Shown here piece by piece: positions 8,665 through 18,644 of a DNA stretch of 64,000 nt. Under the pieces are notes generated by a model. It made no database searches. It saw nothing but the letters and a program-made list of their open reading frames with translations, and was not told the DNA's origin. Location: the NCBI GenBank assembly GCA_965242735.1, contig OZ251497.1, forward strand, positions 1,140,409 to 1,204,408, read 5' to 3'. The translations under genes were made by a program, and so were the position numbers. The stretch comes from Longimicrobiales bacterium (GTDB lineage: Bacteria > Gemmatimonadota > Gemmatimonadetes > Longimicrobiales > Gaopeijiaceae). Position 1 is the first letter of the stretch. The number at the start of each line of letters is the position of its first letter.

Positions 8665-9540
8665 TCAACCGTCGCTTCTCAACGTCCGGTTCAGATAGGC
8701 CTTGAGCCGGCGCCACGCGTCGAGGGCGGGCGCGGTGCGCACCTCCGGGTTGCCGTCCACCCAGAGCCAGAAGCCGTGGTTGACGTCGTCGTAGACGTGG
8801 ATGTCGTTCTCGACGCCCGCGGACCGAAGCGCGGCCTCGAAATCGGCCACCTGCTCCGGCGACGGGCCCTCGTCCAGTCCGGCGAACGTGCCATAGACCT
8901 CGTGATCGAGGGCCGCCAGGGCTTCGGGATCGGTCACCAGCCGTCCGTAGAAGATGGCCGTGGCTTCGTGGTTGTCGCCGTCCAATCCGTACGAGAGCGC
9001 GACGCCGCCGCCGAAGCACCATCCCATGACGCCCACGCGGCCGGTCACGTCCTGGCGGCGCCGGAGGTAGGCCAGCGCGGCGTCGAGGTTGGCCACCATG
9101 GCTTCCGCGTCGGCCTGCGCCTGTTGGACCAGCGCCATGTTCTCGTCCGGAGTTTCGCCGGTCTGGCCCTTGAAGAGATCGACGGCCAGGGTGACGTACC
9201 CCTCCGCCGCCAAGTCGTCCGCCAGCCGGCGCACCCGGTTCTTGAGGCCGTCCCATTCGTGCACGACGATCAGCGCGGGGAAGGGACCGTCGCCCTCCGG
9301 TTCGGCGACGTAGCCGAGCGTGAGCGTGTCTCCGGAGACGTAGCGGGCGCCGGTGCCCTGGAGGGCGTCGTCGTTCTCGCCGAGGACGGCCGGGGGCAGC
9401 TCGTCGTCCGCCGTGGGGCTGAAGGCGACCCTAGGCAATTCGGCGGGCGGCTGGGCGCTGGGCGGGCCGTCGCCGGACTGGGAGTCGCCGCAACCCAGGG
9501 CGACGAGGAAGGCGAGGACGGCGGGGCGGGCTGGGCGCAT
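8665..9540 (-). CDS. dienelactone hydrolase family lipoprotein
   Basis: There is a lipobox-like ..LVALGCG. DLH-family blocks are ..ALIVVHEWDG.., ..GVMGWCFGG.. (nucleophile Cys) and ..DVNHGF.. The start is ATG 9540. Confidence 0.8.
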   Translation of the reverse strand: MRPARPAVLAFLVALGCGDSQSGDGPPSAQPPAELPRVAFSPTADDELPPAVLGENDDALQGTGARYVSGDTLTLGYVAEPEGDGPFPALIVVHEWDGLKNRVRRLADDLAAEGYVTLAVDLFKGQTGETPDENMALVQQAQADAEAMVANLDAALAYLRRRQDVTGRVGVMGWCFGGGVALSYGLDGDNHEATAIFYGRLVTDPEALAALDHEVYGTFAGLDEGPSPEQVADFEAALRSAGVENDIHVYDDVNHGFWLWVDGNPEVRTAPALDAWRRLKAYLNRTLRSDG

Positions 9541-9671
9541 GGCGTGCAGGACCTCCGTTGGCGATTGGCTGAGCGTTGTTCGATCCGCCGGCGCAGGGCT
9601 CGGTTGGAGCGGGCGGCGGGCGTCTTGCTGGTGCGAGGAAAGCTCGGCCCGCGCGTCGTCGCGTGTCAACG

Positions 9672-9688
9672 CCGGGACGCCGGCCGTT
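9672..9688. repeat. 17-bp target-site duplication, left copy (CCGGGACGCCGGCCGTT)
   Basis: An identical 17-mer directly abuts both IS ends. Confidence 0.8.
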
Positions 9689-9788
9689 TGTCGCGCCAAT
9701 TTAGAAATGTCCGCCCTTACCCAAGTAGAAATGTCCTCTTTCGGACGACGTTCGGCGGGAGTTCGAACGCGAACCGGGAGAGGAGCGA

Positions 9789-11135
9789 ATGGAGTTGAGC
9801 CTGAAGGAGCGAGACCGCATGGCGGTGATGCGGCAGGTGAGCGAGGGCGTGCTGGCGTCGGCGACGGCGGCGGCGCGGCTGGGCGTGACGCGGCGGCACA
9901 TGCGGCGTCTGATGCGGCGTTTCGAGCGCGAGGGCGACGGCGCGGCGGTGCACGGGCTGCGGGGCCGCCGGTCGAACCGGGCTCACGCGCCCGAGGTGCG
10001 CGAGCGGGTGCTGGCGCTGGCGGCGGAGCCGCGCTACGCGGACTTCGGGCCGACGCTGCTGGCCGAGCACGCGCGGGGCCAGCTCGGCGTGCGCGTGAGC
10101 GCGGAGACGGTGCGGGCCTGGCTGGCGCAGGCGGGGCGGTGGAGCCGCAAGCGCAAGCGGGCGAGGCACCGGAGCCGGCGTCCTCGGCGCGCGGCGCTGG
10201 GCGAGCTGGTGCAGTGGGACAGCTCGGTCCATGCGTGGCTCGAGGACCGGGGCCCGGGCGATCTCGTGCTCGTGGCGCTGCACGACGACGCGACGGGCCG
10301 GATGCTGCACGGGCAGTTCGTCGCGCGCGACACGGGCGCGGCGAACCGTCGCGCGATCATCGCGTGCATGAAGCGCCACGGCCGCCCGCTGGCGGTCTAC
10401 GCCGACCACGCCGCGCACTTCGGCCAGCGCGCGAGGGACGGCAAGCGCACGAGGTCGGTCATTGCGCGCGGCCTCGAGAAGCTGGGCGTCGAGCTGATCC
10501 TGGCGGGCTCTCCGCAGGCGAAGGGGCGGGTCGAGCGCACGTTCGGGACGGCGCAGGACCGGCTGGTCAAGGAGATGCGCGTGGCGGGGGTCGCGACGCT
10601 CGAGGCGGCGAACCGGTTCCTCGAAGAGCGGTGGATTCCGTTCTGGAACGCGCGCTTCGCGGTCGCGGCGGCCGAGCCGGGCGACGCGCATCGTCCGCTG
10701 CCGCCGGAGGTCGACCTCGAAGCGTTGTTCACCGAGACGGAGACGCGCACCGTCGCGCGCGACTACACGGTGCGCTGGAAGAACGAGTTCTGGCAGATTC
10801 CGGAAGCGGAGGCTCGGGCGGCGGGCGTGCGGCCCCGGCAGCGGGTCGTCGTCGAGCGGCGTCTGTCGGGCGAGCTGCGCTTCCGGCGCGGCGCGCGGTA
10901 CTTCGCGGCCGAGCCGCTCGGCGCCGCGCGTCCTGCGCCTCCGGTCGCGCCTCCGGCTCCGCCTCGTCCGCGTCCGAAGCCTCCGAAGCCGGGACCGAAC
11001 CATCCGTGGCGCAAGCAGATGCGCGACGAGGTCGAGCGGGCCAACGCCCGGCGCGAGCGGCGCTTGGCTCGGCTCGCCGCGTCCGACACGGCCGGCGACC
11101 CCGGCCATCCCGCCTCGTCCGGAGCCGCGCGGTGA
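9789..11135 (+). CDS. ISNCY-family transposase (HTH + rve/DDE integrase core)
   Basis: 448-aa ORF. The N-terminus ..ERDRMAVMRQVSEGVLASATAAARLGVTRRHMRRLMRRFEREG..VHGLRGRRSN.. and the core ..WDSS..ALHDDATG.. are typical of ISNCY transposases. Confidence 0.85.
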   Translation: MELSLKERDRMAVMRQVSEGVLASATAAARLGVTRRHMRRLMRRFEREGDGAAVHGLRGRRSNRAHAPEVRERVLALAAEPRYADFGPTLLAEHARGQLGVRVSAETVRAWLAQAGRWSRKRKRARHRSRRPRRAALGELVQWDSSVHAWLEDRGPGDLVLVALHDDATGRMLHGQFVARDTGAANRRAIIACMKRHGRPLAVYADHAAHFGQRARDGKRTRSVIARGLEKLGVELILAGSPQAKGRVERTFGTAQDRLVKEMRVAGVATLEAANRFLEERWIPFWNARFAVAAAEPGDAHRPLPPEVDLEALFTETETRTVARDYTVRWKNEFWQIPEAEARAAGVRPRQRVVVERRLSGELRFRRGARYFAAEPLGAARPAPPVAPPAPPRPRPKPPKPGPNHPWRKQMRDEVERANARRERRLARLAASDTAGDPGHPASSGAAR

Positions 11136-11151
11136 CCGGCCCCGCCCCGCA

Positions 11152-11187
11152 GGTCCTTCGGTCCCTCCGCGGAGGGACCGAAGGACC
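11152..11187 (+). terminator. 36-nt perfect palindrome (GGTCCTTCGGTCCCTCCGCGGAGGGACCGAAGGACC) 3' of the transposase gene, inside the IS
   Basis: Read directly. It begins 17 nt after the transposase stop. There is no U-tract, so the terminator function is only a guess. Confidence 0.3.
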
Positions 11188-11257
11188 CCTTGACCACACC
11201 CACGACCGGACATTTCTATCTTGGCCTACCCCCGGACATTTCTACTTTGGTACGACA

Positions 11258-11274
11258 CCGGGACGCCGGCCGTT
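11258..11274. repeat. 17-bp target-site duplication, right copy
   Basis: Identical to 9672-9688. Confidence 0.8.
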
Positions 11275-11545
11275 GCGGCGCGGCGTTCGGAGGTCCGTGC
11301 GCAGGCCGCCGGTCCGTTCGGCGTTCTGCCGCGCTCCAGACGGCGTCCAGAGCGCCGGCCCGGCGGGCTTCTGCCCCCGGCCCGTGAAGCCGGGTTCGCG
11401 GGCGGACCAGCGAAGATCTCCGGCGCCTCGCTTGACATGGCCTGCCACGGAAGGCAACACTTGCCGCGAGAAGATGCACGGCGACGGCTCGGCGCATGGA
11501 CTTGCCGGGGCGGCGGCCAACGACCCGGGACAAGGACGGAGAGCG

Positions 11546-14047
11546 ATGATCGGCAAGACCACCACGAAGCAGACGAGAGCAAGGCGGCGCGCGGGCTGGA
11601 CGGCCGTGCTGGCGGGGACGGCGCTGGCGTCGGCGATGTCGCCTTCGGCGGGCGACGCGCAGCAGTACGGCGGGGCGCTCGCCGTCAGCGGGGGGCACGT
11701 CTTCGTGGGAGAGGCGAGCGGCACGTTGCCCGGCATCGTATACGTCTACGCGGTCAAGGACGGGCGGTGGACGGAGGCCGCGCGGCTCATGGCGTCGCCC
11801 GAGGTCGCGCCGCCGGACGGGTTCGGGCGGGCGTTGGCGTCGGACGACGGAATGGTCGTCGTGGGCGCGCCGAATTTGGGGCGCGGGACGGACGAAGGTT
11901 CGCCGGCCGAGGACGGCGAGCATGGCGCGGCGATGATCTTCGAGATGCGCGACGGCGCGTGGAGCGAAACGGGCCGCCTGACGTTGGCGGAAGCGCGGCC
12001 GGAATGGGAATTCGGCACGGCGGTGGCGGTGGCCGGCGGTCTGGCGCTGGTCTCGGCGCCGGGCGAGAACGAGGGCGCAGGGGCCGTCTACGCGTTCGTG
12101 CGGGGAGGCGGCGGGCAGTGGAGCTTGGGCGGCCGCCTGGAGCGTCCGGCCGCAGGCGAACCGCGCGAAGGCGCCGGCGAAGAGGGACGCCCGTCTCCGG
12201 CCGGCGACGAAGGCTCGGACGACGCGGACGAAGCCGTCGGCGAGCTGGGGTTCGGGACGGTCGTGGCGCTGCACGGCTCGACGGCGCTGGTCGCGACGCG
12301 GGGCGGAAGGGGTTCGGACGCCTCGGTGTACGCGTTCTCGGTGGATCCCGGCGCCGGCGAGATGGCCTTCGAAGCGCGACTCGAGGCGCCGGGCCGGCTG
12401 CTCGGGGAGGCGTCCCGCTTTGGCGCGGCGCTGGCGACCGACGGGCGCCGGGCTCTCGTGGGCGCGCCGGGCGCGGGCATGGCGCTGGAGTACCGTCGCG
12501 ACGCGGAAGCCGGAACGTGGGGGCCGGGGTTGCGGGTCATGGAGATGGCGCTCCCGGTCACGGGGTTCGGCGCCTCGATCGCGCTGGCGGAGTCGGAGGC
12601 CTGGATTGGCGCGCCGACCAGCCGCGGGGGCGTGGGAGCCGTCTTCCGGATGGCCAAGGACGACAGCGGCGAGTGGGTTTCGTTGCGCCGGGTCGCCGGC
12701 CCGTCTTCGTTGGAAGGGAGGACTTCGTTCGGAAGCCGTGTGGCCGTGGAGGGCGACGTTCGCGTGGTCGCGGCCGGCGGGGTCGACTTCCGCGCCGGCG
12801 GCGTCGTTGCGTCCGCGGGGACCGGAGCCGGGGAGCTTCTCGTCGGCGACCACCGGGGTCCGCCCGCCATTCTCGGGCTGGCCGAGGAGCTGCCTTGCGA
12901 GGAGAACCTCGTGGGGCATTTCCCGTGCAACAACGTCAGCGTGCTGTCCTTCCTGCCCATCAAGGACATGGGCGGGGCGCGGGGCGCGCGGCTCAACGAC
13001 ATCTGGGGATGGACCGATCCGGAGTCGGGCCGGGAGATTGCCATCGTGGGCCGCACCGACGGCACGGCGTTCGTCGACGTGACCGATCCGTACAATCCCG
13101 CCATGCTCGGCAATCTGCCGAAGACGCCCGGGTCGCGCTCCAGCGTGTGGCGCGACATGAAGGTGTACCGGGATCACGCTTACGTGGTCGCCGACGGCGC
13201 GGGCGCGCACGGCGTCCAAGTCTTCGACCTTCGGCGGCTGCGCGAGGAAGCCGGCCCGGACGCGGTGTTCGAGCCCGACTTCACCTACGACGGCATCCAC
13301 AGCGCCCACAACATCGTGGTCAACGAGCAGACGGGATTCGGCTACGTCGTGGGGAGCAGCGGAGGCGGGACCACGTGCGGCGGCGGCCTGCACATGCTCG
13401 CGTTGGAGGATCCGGCGCGCCCGGAGTTTGCGGGGTGCTTCTTCGACGAGACGACCGGACGGCGGCGCACCGGCTACTCGCACGACGCGCAGTGCGTCGT
13501 CTACCACGGCCCCGACGAGGAGCACCGGGGCAAGGAGATCTGCATCGGCTCCAACGAGACGGCGCTCAGCGTCGCCGACGTGACGGACAAGAGCGCGCCG
13601 AAGGCGATTTCCATGATGGCCTACCCCAACGTGGCCTACGCGCACCAAGGCTGGCTGACGGACGACCACCAGTTTTTCTACATGAACGACGAGGGCGACG
13701 AGCCGCAGGGCTTGGTGGAGGGCACGCGCACGCTGGTGTGGGACTTGGTGGACCTCGACGAGCCCGTGCTGGCCGCCGAGTACGTGGCCGACACGCCCGA
13801 CACGGACCACAACTTGTACATCCTGGGCGACCTGATGTACCAGTCGAACTACGGGGCTGGACTGCGGATTCTGGACATCTCCGACCGCACCGATCCGGTC
13901 GAGATCGCGTACTTCGACAACAGTCCGTACGGCGGCGCGTCGTGGAGCAACTACCCCTACTTCCCGAGCGGCGTGGTCGTGATGACCAGCACGGGCGACG
14001 GTTTGTTCGTCGTGCGCAACACGGCCAGGAGGAACCTGATTCCTTGA
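11546..14047 (+). CDS. choice-of-anchor B family protein (LVIVD-repeat beta-propeller) with N-terminal FG-GAP-like repeats
   Basis: ATG 11546 follows AGGACGGAG. There is a signal peptide. The C-half blocks ..PCNNVSVLSFLP..NDIWGWTDPESGREIAIVG..GTAFVDVTDPYNP..WRDMKVY..HGVQVFDL.. match the choice-of-anchor B signature. Confidence 0.8.
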   Translation: MIGKTTTKQTRARRRAGWTAVLAGTALASAMSPSAGDAQQYGGALAVSGGHVFVGEASGTLPGIVYVYAVKDGRWTEAARLMASPEVAPPDGFGRALASDDGMVVVGAPNLGRGTDEGSPAEDGEHGAAMIFEMRDGAWSETGRLTLAEARPEWEFGTAVAVAGGLALVSAPGENEGAGAVYAFVRGGGGQWSLGGRLERPAAGEPREGAGEEGRPSPAGDEGSDDADEAVGELGFGTVVALHGSTALVATRGGRGSDASVYAFSVDPGAGEMAFEARLEAPGRLLGEASRFGAALATDGRRALVGAPGAGMALEYRRDAEAGTWGPGLRVMEMALPVTGFGASIALAESEAWIGAPTSRGGVGAVFRMAKDDSGEWVSLRRVAGPSSLEGRTSFGSRVAVEGDVRVVAAGGVDFRAGGVVASAGTGAGELLVGDHRGPPAILGLAEELPCEENLVGHFPCNNVSVLSFLPIKDMGGARGARLNDIWGWTDPESGREIAIVGRTDGTAFVDVTDPYNPAMLGNLPKTPGSRSSVWRDMKVYRDHAYVVADGAGAHGVQVFDLRRLREEAGPDAVFEPDFTYDGIHSAHNIVVNEQTGFGYVVGSSGGGTTCGGGLHMLALEDPARPEFAGCFFDETTGRRRTGYSHDAQCVVYHGPDEEHRGKEICIGSNETALSVADVTDKSAPKAISMMAYPNVAYAHQGWLTDDHQFFYMNDEGDEPQGLVEGTRTLVWDLVDLDEPVLAAEYVADTPDTDHNLYILGDLMYQSNYGAGLRILDISDRTDPVEIAYFDNSPYGGASWSNYPYFPSGVVVMTSTGDGLFVVRNTARRNLIP

Positions 14048-14140
14048 CGGCCTCGCGCCTGCGCGAAGCGGCCGGCCTGGGCGCGCGGGCGTGGACCGAG
14101 GCGGCGGGCTCGCCGGCGACCGCCGTGGCGGCGTGACCCG

Positions 14141-15904
14141 ATGAGCGCGGACGCGTGGATCACGCTGGGGGTCGTGACCGTCGCGGTCGCGGTGCTGGTG
14201 CGCGACTTGGTGCCGCCCGCGGCGACGTTCCTGGCCGCCGTCGTGGTGCTGCTGGTCGCGGATGTCGTCACGCCCCAGCAGGCGTTTTCGGGCTTCTCGA
14301 ACCCGGCGCCGGTGACGGTGGCGGCCCTGTACGTGCTGGCCCGGGCCGTCGAGCGGAGCGGCGCGCTTCAGCCGCTGGTGCACGCCACGCTGGGGAGCGG
14401 CGGGAGCCTGCGGTGGGCCTTGGCGCGGCTGACGGCTCCCGTGGCGGCGGCCTCCGCGTTCTTCAACAACACGCCCATCATCGCGATGCTGACGCCCCAG
14501 ATCGAGGAGTGGGCGGAGAAGCGAGGGAGTTCGGCGTCCCGGTTCCTCATGCCCGTGTCGTTCGCGGCGATCCTGGGCGGCATGACGACGCTGATCGGCA
14601 CGTCCACCAACCTCGTCGTGTCCGGGTTGCTCGAGGCCGAGGGACACGAGCCCTTCACCATGTTCGAGCTGACCCCGATCGCCCTGCCCGTGGCGGCCGC
14701 GGGGCTGCTCCTGACCATCGCGCTGTCGCCCAAACTGCTGCCGGACCGGCGTTCTCCGCGGATGGACGTGCGGGAAGGCACGCGCAACTTCACGGTGCGG
14801 ATGCGGGTGGTCGAGGGCGGCAAGCTGGACGGCAAGACGGTGGAGGAGGGCGGATTCGCCGAACCGGGCGTGCCGTCCGTGGTCGAAGTCGAGCGCGACG
14901 GGGAGTGGCTGGCCGCGGTGTCTTCGGCGACCATGCTTCGCGGCGAGGACTTGGTGACGTTCGCCGGGCGGCGCATGGAGGACGTGCTGCAGCTGCACGA
15001 ACGTCCGGGGCTCGTGTCGGCCCAGGAGGCGCATTTTCCGAAGGAGTCGGGGAGCCCGGACCACGAATTCTTCGAGGCGGTGGTCGCGCAGGGGTCGCCG
15101 CTCGTGGGCCGGACGCTCGCGGACACGCGGTTCTCGTCCTACTACCAGGCGGTCGTCCTGGCGATTCACCGCGCCGGCGAGATGGTGCGCGGCAGGCTGG
15201 CGTACACGCCGCTGAGGCCGGGCGACACGCTGCTGATGATCGCCGACTCCGGATTCGGGGACCGGTGGCGCGACCGGGCGGACTTCGTGCTGGCGGCCCG
15301 CATGGACGCGCCGTCGCCGCGGGCGAGCCGACGGGCCGGGCTCGTGCTGGCGGTCGCGGGCGCGATCGTCGTGGGGGCGGGGCTGGGCGTCCTGCCGATC
15401 CTGCACCTGTCGCTGATCGGGGCGCTGGCCGTGGTGGGCATGGGCGTGCTGCGTCCCGGCGAAGCCAAGGACGCGATCGACTTCGACGTGATCGTGGTGA
15501 TCGGCGCGGCGTTCGGGCTCGCCGCCGCGGTCGAGGGCTCCGGGCTCGGGCAAGCCGTGGCCGACGTCGTGGCGGGCACGCTCGGCGGCTTCGGTCCGCA
15601 GGGCGCGCTGGCGGGCATCGTGCTGGCGACGGTGGCGCTGAGCTCCGTGATCACGAACAACGCCGCGGCCGCCTTGGTCTTGCCGATTGCGCTCTCGACG
15701 GCCACGGACTTCGGCATCGACCCGCGCACCGCCGCGGTGGCCGTCGCGCTCTCGGCCTCCGCGTCCTTCATGACGCCCGTCAGCTACCAGACCAACCTGA
15801 TGGTCTACGGCCCCGGCGGATACCGCTTCGGCGACTATCTGCGCTTGGGGACGCCGCTGGTCCTGGCGGTGCTGGCGGTGATCCTCGCGACGATGCCGTC
15901 CTGA
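14141..15904 (+). CDS. SLC13/DASS-family anion permease with two central TrkA-C (RCK_C) domains
   Basis: 587-aa polytopic ORF with blocks ..FFNNTPIIAML.. and ..SVITNNAAAALVLPIA.. and a cytoplasmic double RCK_C insert. Confidence 0.8.
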   Translation: MSADAWITLGVVTVAVAVLVRDLVPPAATFLAAVVVLLVADVVTPQQAFSGFSNPAPVTVAALYVLARAVERSGALQPLVHATLGSGGSLRWALARLTAPVAAASAFFNNTPIIAMLTPQIEEWAEKRGSSASRFLMPVSFAAILGGMTTLIGTSTNLVVSGLLEAEGHEPFTMFELTPIALPVAAAGLLLTIALSPKLLPDRRSPRMDVREGTRNFTVRMRVVEGGKLDGKTVEEGGFAEPGVPSVVEVERDGEWLAAVSSATMLRGEDLVTFAGRRMEDVLQLHERPGLVSAQEAHFPKESGSPDHEFFEAVVAQGSPLVGRTLADTRFSSYYQAVVLAIHRAGEMVRGRLAYTPLRPGDTLLMIADSGFGDRWRDRADFVLAARMDAPSPRASRRAGLVLAVAGAIVVGAGLGVLPILHLSLIGALAVVGMGVLRPGEAKDAIDFDVIVVIGAAFGLAAAVEGSGLGQAVADVVAGTLGGFGPQGALAGIVLATVALSSVITNNAAAALVLPIALSTATDFGIDPRTAAVAVALSASASFMTPVSYQTNLMVYGPGGYRFGDYLRLGTPLVLAVLAVILATMPS

Positions 15905-15998
15905 GGGCGCGCGACCCGGCGCAACTGCCCTGGCGCGACTTGCGCGCGCCGACCCGTTGGCGTCCTGCCGCCGGGCCGGCGCCGCGCCGCTTCGCCGC

Positions 15999-18644
15999 CT
16001 ATCCGATCCAGTAGCTCATCTTCACCATGAACACGTCTTGGCTGGGCTCGTCGAAGAGCGTGCCCACGTCGCCCAAGGAGAATTCCCCGGTCTGGGCGTA
16101 GTGGTCCCGTCCCTGCGACCATGCCACGAAGACGGCCGAGCCGGGCTGGTATTCCCAGCGCAGCACGACGTTGGACCGGAACTGCTTGACGCTGAAGTCG
16201 GGATTGCGGAACGACTCGGCCGTGCCGTCTCCGTCGACGTCGGCCTCGATCTGCCCGTCGCGGACCGCCAGCGTCTCCACCCGCTCGTAGCGGTCCGCAT
16301 AGGCCTCGGCCCGCGGGTCGGCGATCCGCTTGAATTCCGCGTACTCGCCCGCCGACATGAACGGCTGGGCATAGACCTGGAGCGACAGCGTCGGCGAGAA
16401 CGTCCAGGAAGCCCGCGTCGTCGCCCCGGCGGTCGCCTGCTTCAGCTCGCCGAAGAGATACAGCGGCGCGTCGCCCCCGAAGCGCCTCACCCACTGGAGG
16501 TCCTCGTTCCTGACGTTGAGGAACGGCCCGGCCGAGACGGTCATGCTCGACGACGGGCGCCAGTGCAGGTTGAGGTTGGCGCCCCATCCCCAGGAGCCGC
16601 TCTCGGGCCGCGCGGACCAGTTGGCCCCGACGTTGACGCGAAGCGGCTTGCGCGAGTCCGACCGGAAGCCGCCCCACCCGTTCCAGGCCGGATCGCGCAG
16701 GAACATCGGACCCCCGCGCAGCGTCGTGTTGCTCAGCCCTTCGGTGTTGTGGTTCACGCCCAGGTAGCCGCCCCAGAAGTTGCTGAGCGTGAAGCTGCTG
16801 TTGACGTTGCCGCCCGTCGAGTACCGCTCGCCGCCGAAGCTGTGCGAAGTCCACGCGTTGACGTTCACGTTCCAGCGCTGGAAGCGTTCGCTGGGCTTGT
16901 AGCGGTTGTAGCCCAGCCAAACCCACGGACTGGCGAAGTCGGCCTCGCGCATGAACCCGGCGTCGTTGGCCTCGAACCCGGGCGACCGGGCCATGAACCC
17001 GGCGGCGTAGCGCCAGTATCCTCCGGCGATCTTGCCGAAGGTCGCCGATCCGGCCCAGCCGCCGAGTTCGGTGCGTTCCGGGTCGAATTCGGTGTGCTCG
17101 GCGTCCGGCCGCTGGTAGTACCGCGCGGGGGCGCGCTGGGTCCTCGCGAGGGCCTGCTCGGAGCCGCGCACGGTCGTGCCGATGAAGTATCCCTCGACGA
17201 CGAAGCGGTCGTCGCCGAAGCGGTGCCGTCCGTCCACGCCGGCCGCGTACGCGCCGTCGTGCAGCCCCAGCGCGGCGGCTTCGGTCCCGTCGCGCACCGT
17301 CCAGGTGGAGATCGCGCCGAGCGAGCTCCTGCCGCCGCGAAAGTCCTTGCTGATCCGGCCGACGCCGTAGTGGGCCTGCGGCTCCACGACCTGGGGCTCG
17401 AGCCTGCGGCCGTCGGCGGCGCGGTGGGCCTCCTCCTGGGTCGTCAGCGCGTGCAGGAGTCCCACGGACCAGCCGGCCTGCGTCTTGCCCGACAGCTTCA
17501 GCGCGCCGGCGATGCGCGTGCGGTCCGGGGCGTCCGCGTAGAGCCCGGACGCCACCCTTCCGCGAGGCGCCCGCCCGATGCGGCGCGAATAGAAGAGGTT
17601 CTCGCCGCCGTCGTCGTCGCCCGGGGAGAAGCCGAACGAGAAGATGTTGGCGCCCTCGACGAAGAACGGCCGCCGCTCCGAGAAGAAGGACTCGAACGCG
17701 GTCAGGTTCACTTCCGCCGGATCGGCTTCCACCTGCCCGAAGTCCGGGTTGATGGTCAGGTCGAGCGTGAGGTCCGTCGTCAGCCCGTACTTCACGTCGC
17801 CGCCCAGCGCGTAGGAGAAGTCGCGAGGATCGTGGAAGGGATCCTCGGCGGCGCCCGGCAGGCTTTCCAGGCGAGCGAGCGAGTAGGGCAGGACTTCCAG
17901 ACGCCTCGGCGGCGACAGGTCGCGCAGCCCCTCCAGGTGGCCGAAGCGCGACACGATGGCTCCGTCTCCCCGGGAAATCGGCGCCCACAGGCTGTGCTCG
18001 AGATGGCGCGCGACGACCCTGCGGAAGTTGATCCCCCAGGTCTGCCGGGCCGCGCCGTTGAACCGCAGCTGGGAGTAGGGAATGCGAAACTCGGCCGTCC
18101 ATCCCTGGTCGTCGATGGTCGTCGCGACGTCCCAGACGGCGTCCCACGACGTGTCTTCGCTGGTGTCGTCGAAGTAGTAGACGTCGACCTTCACGCCCGA
18201 CGGGTTCACGCCGAAGCCGAACGCCGTGCGGCGGTCGTGGTAGCTGTCGACCACCACGTCCACCCAGTCGGAATGCGGACGCTCGTCGCGCCGCGCCAAG
18301 CGCGACACGATCGAGTCGGGCGCCTCGTCGAAGGCGCGAATGCCCACGTAGATCGCGTCCGTTCCGTACAGCACGCGGGCTTCCGTTCTCTGCGAGGCCG
18401 GTTCTCCCTCGTTGGGCTGGAACACCACGAAGTCGCGCGCCGCCATGGCCGACGCCCAGACCGGTTCGTCCAGCACGCCGTCGACGGCCGGCGCGGCGTC
18501 CGCCAGCCGCAGCGCCTCCAGGCTGCGCACGGGACGGCCTGCGCCCGCGTCGGCCGCTCCCTCTCCGCCCGCGCTCTCCTGGGCGGCCAGCCCTCCGAGC
18601 GCGCCCCACGCCCACAGCGCCGCCGCCAGAACGGCCGCGCGCAT
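15999..18644 (-). CDS. DUF5916 / CBM9-like domain envelope protein
   Basis: Start ATG 18644 with the signal peptide MRAAVLAAALWAWGALGGLAAQ. The N-terminal block ..DGVLDEPVW..F.QPNEGEPASQRTEARVLYG.DAIYVG.. and the large beta-rich C-region are typical of this family. Paralog of 32793-35081. Confidence 0.75.
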   Translation of the reverse strand: MRAAVLAAALWAWGALGGLAAQESAGGEGAADAGAGRPVRSLEALRLADAAPAVDGVLDEPVWASAMAARDFVVFQPNEGEPASQRTEARVLYGTDAIYVGIRAFDEAPDSIVSRLARRDERPHSDWVDVVVDSYHDRRTAFGFGVNPSGVKVDVYYFDDTSEDTSWDAVWDVATTIDDQGWTAEFRIPYSQLRFNGAARQTWGINFRRVVARHLEHSLWAPISRGDGAIVSRFGHLEGLRDLSPPRRLEVLPYSLARLESLPGAAEDPFHDPRDFSYALGGDVKYGLTTDLTLDLTINPDFGQVEADPAEVNLTAFESFFSERRPFFVEGANIFSFGFSPGDDDGGENLFYSRRIGRAPRGRVASGLYADAPDRTRIAGALKLSGKTQAGWSVGLLHALTTQEEAHRAADGRRLEPQVVEPQAHYGVGRISKDFRGGRSSLGAISTWTVRDGTEAAALGLHDGAYAAGVDGRHRFGDDRFVVEGYFIGTTVRGSEQALARTQRAPARYYQRPDAEHTEFDPERTELGGWAGSATFGKIAGGYWRYAAGFMARSPGFEANDAGFMREADFASPWVWLGYNRYKPSERFQRWNVNVNAWTSHSFGGERYSTGGNVNSSFTLSNFWGGYLGVNHNTEGLSNTTLRGGPMFLRDPAWNGWGGFRSDSRKPLRVNVGANWSARPESGSWGWGANLNLHWRPSSSMTVSAGPFLNVRNEDLQWVRRFGGDAPLYLFGELKQATAGATTRASWTFSPTLSLQVYAQPFMSAGEYAEFKRIADPRAEAYADRYERVETLAVRDGQIEADVDGDGTAESFRNPDFSVKQFRSNVVLRWEYQPGSAVFVAWSQGRDHYAQTGEFSLGDVGTLFDEPSQDVFMVKMSYWIG

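Larger units (their letters stand above)
9689..11257 (+). mobile_element. intact ISNCY-family (IS1202/ISPlu15-like) insertion sequence, 1569 bp
   Basis: Terminal inverted repeats are TGTCGCGCCAATTTAGAAATGTCC (left) and, reverse-complemented, TGTCGTACCAAAGTAGAAATGTCC (right), each with a second internal TAGAAATGTCC copy. It has a single transposase ORF and is flanked by a perfect 17-bp direct repeat. Confidence 0.85.

Noticed and set aside
9353-11545. 5' two-thirds of ORF 9353-14047, reading through the IS and its right end
   Set aside because: The frame merely stays open across the IS and the intergenic DNA. The recognisable protein, signal peptide and RBS begin at 11546.
11216-15553. 1445-aa minus-strand ORF spanning the choice-of-anchor-B and SLC13 genes. 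Similar cases are 1797-3743, 3957-6071, 15835-18615, 51341-54280 and 54633-57749.
   Set aside because: It is antisense or alternate-frame to genes with strong family signatures. Arg-rich low-complexity translation. It crosses intergenic regions.
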